This document shows, piece after piece, positions 59,466 through 64,000 of a stretch of 64,000 nucleotides of DNA; position 1 is the stretch's first letter, and every line of letters starts with the position of its first letter. This DNA is from Coprothermobacterota bacterium (GTDB lineage: Bacteria > Coprothermobacterota > Coprothermobacteria > Coprothermobacterales > Coprothermobacteraceae), in NCBI GenBank assembly GCA_036679065.1, contig JAZIGN010000004.1:64001-128000 (forward strand). Direction: 5' to 3'. Below the pieces are notes generated by a model, which ran no database searches, had not been told where the DNA came from, and saw only the letters and a list, made by a program, of their open reading frames with translations. Both the position numbers and the translations under genes were made by a program.

Positions 59466-59795
59466 ATGATGGCAAGTTTTCTTGATTCTTTAATTCTCAC
59501 TGTCGTGGGACTGGCTGTTGTCTTCCTTGTCCTGATTGTTAATGCATTAGTGACTTCTCTACTTAAGTCGTTTGGCAAAGAAAAGAGGGAAATGCCCGCT
59601 ATGGCACCTCCCCAGGAAGTGAAGCTAGAGCAGGAAGCGGCAAAAAGCTTAATCAAGCCAGAGGCCGAAACTTCGGAAGAAATAGAGCCAGAGGTGGTAG
59701 CGGCTATTGCGGCCGTTTTGCATTATCACATGTTAAGAATGTCAAAGGTGAATTATGGTGTTGTACACCGCACAGATGTTAGGAGGGGACTGTGA
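59466..59795 (+). CDS. mmdD: Na+-decarboxylase delta (OadG-like) subunit
   Basis: N-terminal TM G..VVFLVL, Ala/Pro linker, VAAIAA. Confidence 0.85.
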   Translation: MMASFLDSLILTVVGLAVVFLVLIVNALVTSLLKSFGKEKREMPAMAPPQEVKLEQEAAKSLIKPEAETSEEIEPEVVAAIAAVLHYHMLRMSKVNYGVVHRTDVRRGL

Positions 59796-59796
59796 T

Positions 59797-60240
59797 ATGG
59801 GCAAGGTGTTTCAATATGTTGTTAGGGTGAATGGAAAAGAATACAATGTAGAGATCGAATCGGACAGCGAAGAGATTTTCATAAAAAGTATTACGAGAAC
59901 CGCTACCTCGCAGGCACAAACTAAGGAGCCAGCAGGCCCTCAAAGGGTTGAACAGGCTCCAGCGCCAGCCCCAGCACCAGTAGCTCCCAGTGCACCACAA
60001 AAACCAGCCGCAGCAGCTAAGGCAGGCGGAACGGTGGTAGAAGCCCCGTTACCAGGTAAGATTTTAAGGATTAACGTGTCAGCGGGTAATCAGGTAAAAC
60101 GTGGTGATTTGTTGCTAATCTTGGAAGCTATGAAAATGGAGAATGAAATTCTGGCACCCGTTGACGGAGTCGTGGACAGTGTACTGGTCTCACCAAACCA
60201 GACGGTAAACACACATGATCCTTTAGTAGTACTTAAGTAG
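59797..60240 (+). CDS. mmdC: Biotin carboxyl carrier subunit
   Basis: VNGKEYNVE, AP-rich linker, EAMKM. Confidence 0.92.
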   Translation: MGKVFQYVVRVNGKEYNVEIESDSEEIFIKSITRTATSQAQTKEPAGPQRVEQAPAPAPAPVAPSAPQKPAAAAKAGGTVVEAPLPGKILRINVSAGNQVKRGDLLLILEAMKMENEILAPVDGVVDSVLVSPNQTVNTHDPLVVLK

Positions 60241-60249
60241 GTGCGGCAT

Positions 60250-61443
60250 ATGGAGCTAACAATATCTAATCTGTTTCAGACGCTTTGGCAGAGTACTAGT
60301 ATTGCGGCCGCTGGTGTGGCTCAGTGGAAAGACTGGATCATGGTGGTTGTAGCACTGGTACTTCTTTATTTGGGAGTTTTTAAGAAAATAGAACCATTGC
60401 TTTTGGTACCAATTGGTTTTGGTGCTCTGCTTTCTAATTTACCCGTGGCTGGTGGTTATTTCTTGTCGCTGGATTACGTAAAGCAGGTGGGTGAGCTGAA
60501 TCAAATTGTCAGCCCGCATTTGCCATTGCTAGGGGACATCCTTTATTTCGGAGTGAAAAACGAGATTTATCCCATACTCATATTCATTGGTATAGGTGCC
60601 ATGACAGATTTCGGCCCCTTAATCGCACAGCCTTCTTCCTTCCTGATGGGTGCCGCTGCTCAGTTTGGTGTCTACGCCGCTCTGATAATCTCAGTCTTGC
60701 TTGGGTTTAATCTCAAAGAAGCTGCTGCTATTGGTATCATAGGAGGTGCGGATGGACCTACAGCCATTTACTTGGCAGTAAAGCTGGCTCCTCATCTACT
60801 CGGTCCCATTGCAGTTGCTGCCTACACGTATATGTCACTTGTCCCTATCATACAACCCCCCATAATGCGCCTCATGGTAACAGAAAAAGAGGCGAAAGTG
60901 AGGATGAAGGAGCTTAGGAATGTAAGTAAGGTAGAAAGGATACTTTTCCCCATTGCCATAACCGTTGTGACCTCCATTTTTGTACCCGCTTCGACACCAC
61001 TCATAGGGGCCATAATGTTTGGGAACCTGCTAAAAGAAGCTGGTGAAACAAGGCGACTAGCTGAAACTGCTGGAAACGAGCTCATAAACATTGTTACGAT
61101 TTTCCAAGCCTTGGCAGTGGGAGCCTCCATGAAGGCAGATACATTCCTGACTTTGCAAACTCTTGAGATCGTGGTCCTGGGCGTACTGGCTTTTGCGTTT
61201 GCGACGTTCGGTGGTCTACTGCTGGGTAAGATCATGTACTACATCACAGGTGGGAAGGTAAATCCGCTCATCGGCTCAGCAGGAGTATCAGCTGTGCCCA
61301 TGTCTGCTCGTGTTTCTCAGACGGTGGCACAATCTTACGATCCTGAGAATTTTGTGCTTATGCACGCCATGGGTCCTAACGTAGCTGGAGTTGTTGGAAC
61401 GGCTGTTGCAGCTGGTGTTTTCCTTGCACTCCTGGGAGGCTAA
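60250..61443 (+). CDS. mmdB: Na+-translocating decarboxylase beta subunit
   Basis: EPLLL.PIGFG, IIGGADGPT, GVSAVPM, MGPNVAG. Confidence 0.95.
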   Translation: MELTISNLFQTLWQSTSIAAAGVAQWKDWIMVVVALVLLYLGVFKKIEPLLLVPIGFGALLSNLPVAGGYFLSLDYVKQVGELNQIVSPHLPLLGDILYFGVKNEIYPILIFIGIGAMTDFGPLIAQPSSFLMGAAAQFGVYAALIISVLLGFNLKEAAAIGIIGGADGPTAIYLAVKLAPHLLGPIAVAAYTYMSLVPIIQPPIMRLMVTEKEAKVRMKELRNVSKVERILFPIAITVVTSIFVPASTPLIGAIMFGNLLKEAGETRRLAETAGNELINIVTIFQALAVGASMKADTFLTLQTLEIVVLGVLAFAFATFGGLLLGKIMYYITGGKVNPLIGSAGVSAVPMSARVSQTVAQSYDPENFVLMHAMGPNVAGVVGTAVAAGVFLALLGG

Positions 61444-61449
61444 TGACTT

Positions 61450-62874
61450 ATGGAGGTGTCGGAGCATTTAACGTGGGAGAAATTCTGGAACGTAGTTGAA
61501 GGGAAAGAGCAGTTGCAAATTGGTGATGCCACGAAGAATAAGCTCAAACAGAAGCGTGAGAAACTCATAAGCATCTTGGAAAATGGAAAGGTTATCTACG
61601 GAGTCAATACTGGAGTAGGTTCACTTAAAGATGTAGCGCTGAAAGACGATATGCTAGAGGAATTTCAGGCTAATCTCATAAGAAGCCATGCTGAATCGGT
61701 GGGGCCATATGTTCCAAGGCTTGTAACCAAAGGTGCCATGCTTCTTCTGGCGCACAGTTTAGCCCAAGGATTATCCGGTGTCAGTCCTGAGCTTCTGGAA
61801 AGGATAGTATTTGCCATTAACATGGATTATGTACCGAGCGTGGGTTATTTTGGCTCTGTGGGCGCTAGCGGGGATTTGTCGTTCTTGGCGACCCTAATGC
61901 TGGGTATTATTGGGGAGAGACCGGTTTACGATGCCGAAGGAAAAGAGCACGTGCTGGATAAATTTGCTTTGAGAGAAAAAGAGGGCCTTGCTGTAATTAA
62001 CGGCACTCATTTCTCTCTTTCACACTTGATCTATTTAGTTAGAGAGTTAAAACTGCTCGAGGAGATGACTAGGTGGACTTACGCTCTTCATCTGGAAACC
62101 AGAAGAGCCATTGTTTCATTCCTTGACCCACTAGTAAGTCAGGCTAAACCGGATCCCTACTTTGGGCAATTGATCTCTTGGTTGCAGGATGTGCTCAAGG
62201 ATTCAGCGGCTGTTAGAAGGTCTGGGCCCGAGGTACAAGAACCTTATGTGGTAAGGTGCTTCCCACAGCTTTACGCGCCGGTGATGAGAACATTAGACAA
62301 CATTGAGTCATGGCTGGAGCAGGAGATGAACGCTGTTAGCGATAACCCGCTATTTAAAGATGACGAGCCCATTTTCCAAGGTAATTTTCACGCTGAGAGT
62401 ATAGCGGTGATGTCATCAGAGCTTAGGGCCCTCATGCCTTTGATGGGTAACATTCTGTATCAGTTGCAGGAAAAGCTGCTGAATCCCGAGTTCAATCGTG
62501 GGCTGCCTGCGTTTTTGGCTGAAGTGCCTGGGCTTCATTCTGGGCTCATGATTGTACAGTATCTGTCGGCTGATCTGATTTCAGAAATCTCCATGCTGGC
62601 AGCTCCTATTACCATGATGAATCAGACGATGTCCACGGGGCAGGAAGACGTAGTATCCTTCGCTCCAGCTTCTAATCGGCTGCTACAAAGGCAATTAGAG
62701 TTGTTCAGGTACCTACTCGCAAGTTCATTGCTTATCACAGTGAGAGCTTCCAAGATGGCTAATATTAAGGTATCATCTGCCATACAAGAGGCGCTAAAGC
62801 CGTTCTTGGAAACAGATGTGGGAGGTGAACGTTCCTTTTCTGATATCATAGAAGTTTTCGCGGATAGGCTTTAG
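61450..62874 (+). CDS. MIO-dependent aromatic amino acid ammonia-lyase (histidase-like)
   Basis: YGVNTG, RSH, GASGDL (MIO), KEGL..INGT, DNP, GNFH. Confidence 0.85.
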   Translation: MEVSEHLTWEKFWNVVEGKEQLQIGDATKNKLKQKREKLISILENGKVIYGVNTGVGSLKDVALKDDMLEEFQANLIRSHAESVGPYVPRLVTKGAMLLLAHSLAQGLSGVSPELLERIVFAINMDYVPSVGYFGSVGASGDLSFLATLMLGIIGERPVYDAEGKEHVLDKFALREKEGLAVINGTHFSLSHLIYLVRELKLLEEMTRWTYALHLETRRAIVSFLDPLVSQAKPDPYFGQLISWLQDVLKDSAAVRRSGPEVQEPYVVRCFPQLYAPVMRTLDNIESWLEQEMNAVSDNPLFKDDEPIFQGNFHAESIAVMSSELRALMPLMGNILYQLQEKLLNPEFNRGLPAFLAEVPGLHSGLMIVQYLSADLISEISMLAAPITMMNQTMSTGQEDVVSFAPASNRLLQRQLELFRYLLASSLLITVRASKMANIKVSSAIQEALKPFLETDVGGERSFSDIIEVFADRL

Positions 62875-62937
62875 CTAAGTCTTTCAAACTCTTAGGCTTT
62901 CTGGGTTATAATAAAGCAGATATGAGGAGGTATAAAT

Positions 62938-63684
62938 ATGTCTGGACACTCTAAGTGGCATAACATAAAGGCTAAAAAAAGTAAGATGGATGCCCAAAGG
63001 GGCAAGATTTTCACAAAATTAACGAGGGAATTGGTCATAGCTGCTCGTGAAGGTGGTGCCAACCCTGAAACGAACTTGCGGTTGCGCGTTGCCATTGACA
63101 AAGCTAGAGCAGCCAACATGCCTAAAGAGAACATAGATAAAGCCATAGCCAAGGGAGCCGGGAACTTAGAAGGTCAGGAATTCGTAGAAGCTCTTTACGA
63201 AGGTTATGGTCCCGGGGGCGTTGCCATTTTGGTTGAAGTCACCACTGACAACAAGAACCGCACTGCTGCAGATATACGCAGGATATTCAGTCGTCATGGT
63301 GGCACCCTTGCAGAAAGCGGAGCTGTGAGCTGGCAGTTTGAAAGAAAGGGCGTCATCGAGTTGAATAAGGAGCAAGTTCCTTCCATTGATGAGCTCACTT
63401 TAGAACTCATCGACTTTGGCGTTGATGACGTGTTAGAAGAAGATGATTTGGTGACCGTTTACACGCAGCCAGACGCGCTGTCAAAGGTGCTCGACTATCT
63501 AAACGAGGTTGGAATAGAAGTTTCCAGAGCGGAACTAGGTTTTATACCGAAGAACTACGTATCTGTGTCCGAGGAAGATGGAAGAAAAATACTGAGCATG
63601 TTAGAAGAATTGGACGACAATGACGACGTGCAGGAAGTATATACGAATGCCGACTTACCTGAGGTACTCACGGCTGAAGAATAG
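62938..63684 (+). CDS. yebC: YebC/PmpR family protein
   Basis: [29 protein letters not shown]. Confidence 0.96.
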   Translation: MSGHSKWHNIKAKKSKMDAQRGKIFTKLTRELVIAAREGGANPETNLRLRVAIDKARAANMPKENIDKAIAKGAGNLEGQEFVEALYEGYGPGGVAILVEVTTDNKNRTAADIRRIFSRHGGTLAESGAVSWQFERKGVIELNKEQVPSIDELTLELIDFGVDDVLEEDDLVTVYTQPDALSKVLDYLNEVGIEVSRAELGFIPKNYVSVSEEDGRKILSMLEELDDNDDVQEVYTNADLPEVLTAEE

Positions 63685-64000
63685 TGGTCGTATTTGGCGT
63701 TGATCCAGGAAGTACACGTGTGGGCTTAGCCCTACTTGATGATGAAAGTGGAAGCTGGCTCCATGTGCAATGCTTGGAACTAACAGGTCTACCGGAAGAT
63801 GTTAGATACACGACCATAGAGCGCTATGTAGGTGCTCTGTGTGACGTGTTTCAGCCTAAAGAAATGGCTATTGAGAAGCTTATTTGGGGCAAGAACAGAA
63901 ACAACTTGCTCCAAATAAGCGAATGCCGAGGCGTGGTTAAGTTTGTCGCCTATAAGAGAGCCATTAAGGTGTTTGAGTACTTTCCCACAGAAGTTAAATC
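63684..64000 (+). CDS. ruvC: Holliday junction resolvase RuvC (partial; runs off window)
   Basis: GTG start; MVVFGVDPGSTRVG...MAIE...RGV...EYFPTEVK; follows yebC. Confidence 0.88.
   Translation, partial: MVVFGVDPGSTRVGLALLDDESGSWLHVQCLELTGLPEDVRYTTIERYVGALCDVFQPKEMAIEKLIWGKNRNNLLQISECRGVVKFVAYKRAIKVFEYFPTEVK

Noticed and set aside
59945..60025. CCAGC-type short repeats
   Set aside because: Encode the normal Ala/Pro linker of the biotin carrier; not an array

Overview
A compact, gene-dense window of core bacterial chromosome with roughly mid-40s % GC (judged by eye). It probably comes from a deep-branching thermophilic anaerobe; the content and divergence suggest a Coprothermobacter-like organism (inference only). 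In order: the end of the spc/alpha ribosomal superoperon (adk end, map, infA, rpmJ, rpsM/K/D, rpoA, rplQ, ecfAAT, truA); a convergent metK-priA unit under a SAM-I riboswitch; a PP2C phosphatase; tRNA-Ala; hpf-secA-prfB-ftsEX-M23-S41; rqcH; the tRNA(Thr,Tyr,Gly,Thr)-tuf-rpmG-tRNA(Trp)-secE-nusG-rplKAJL cluster; rimP-nusA-infB-rbfA-truB-ribF; hypFCDEAB divergent from a 13-gene Mrp-linked group 4 [NiFe] hydrogenase; two Met tRNAs; tilS-hpt-ftsH; a methylmalonyl-CoA mutase/epimerase/Na+-pumping decarboxylase operon ending in an MIO ammonia-lyase; yebC; and the start of ruvC. I see no CRISPR array, intact mobile element or prophage, and no wholly unknown multi-gene system. The most notable observations are: (1) the hydrogenase's 1021-aa fused double-antiporter subunit and rearranged gene order, (2) a helicase-dead PriA, (3) a decayed mcrBC-like remnant behind tRNA-Thr, (4) extreme purine loading of tuf, (5) prfB without the programmed frameshift, and (6) a DHH protein with an apparent internal duplication.
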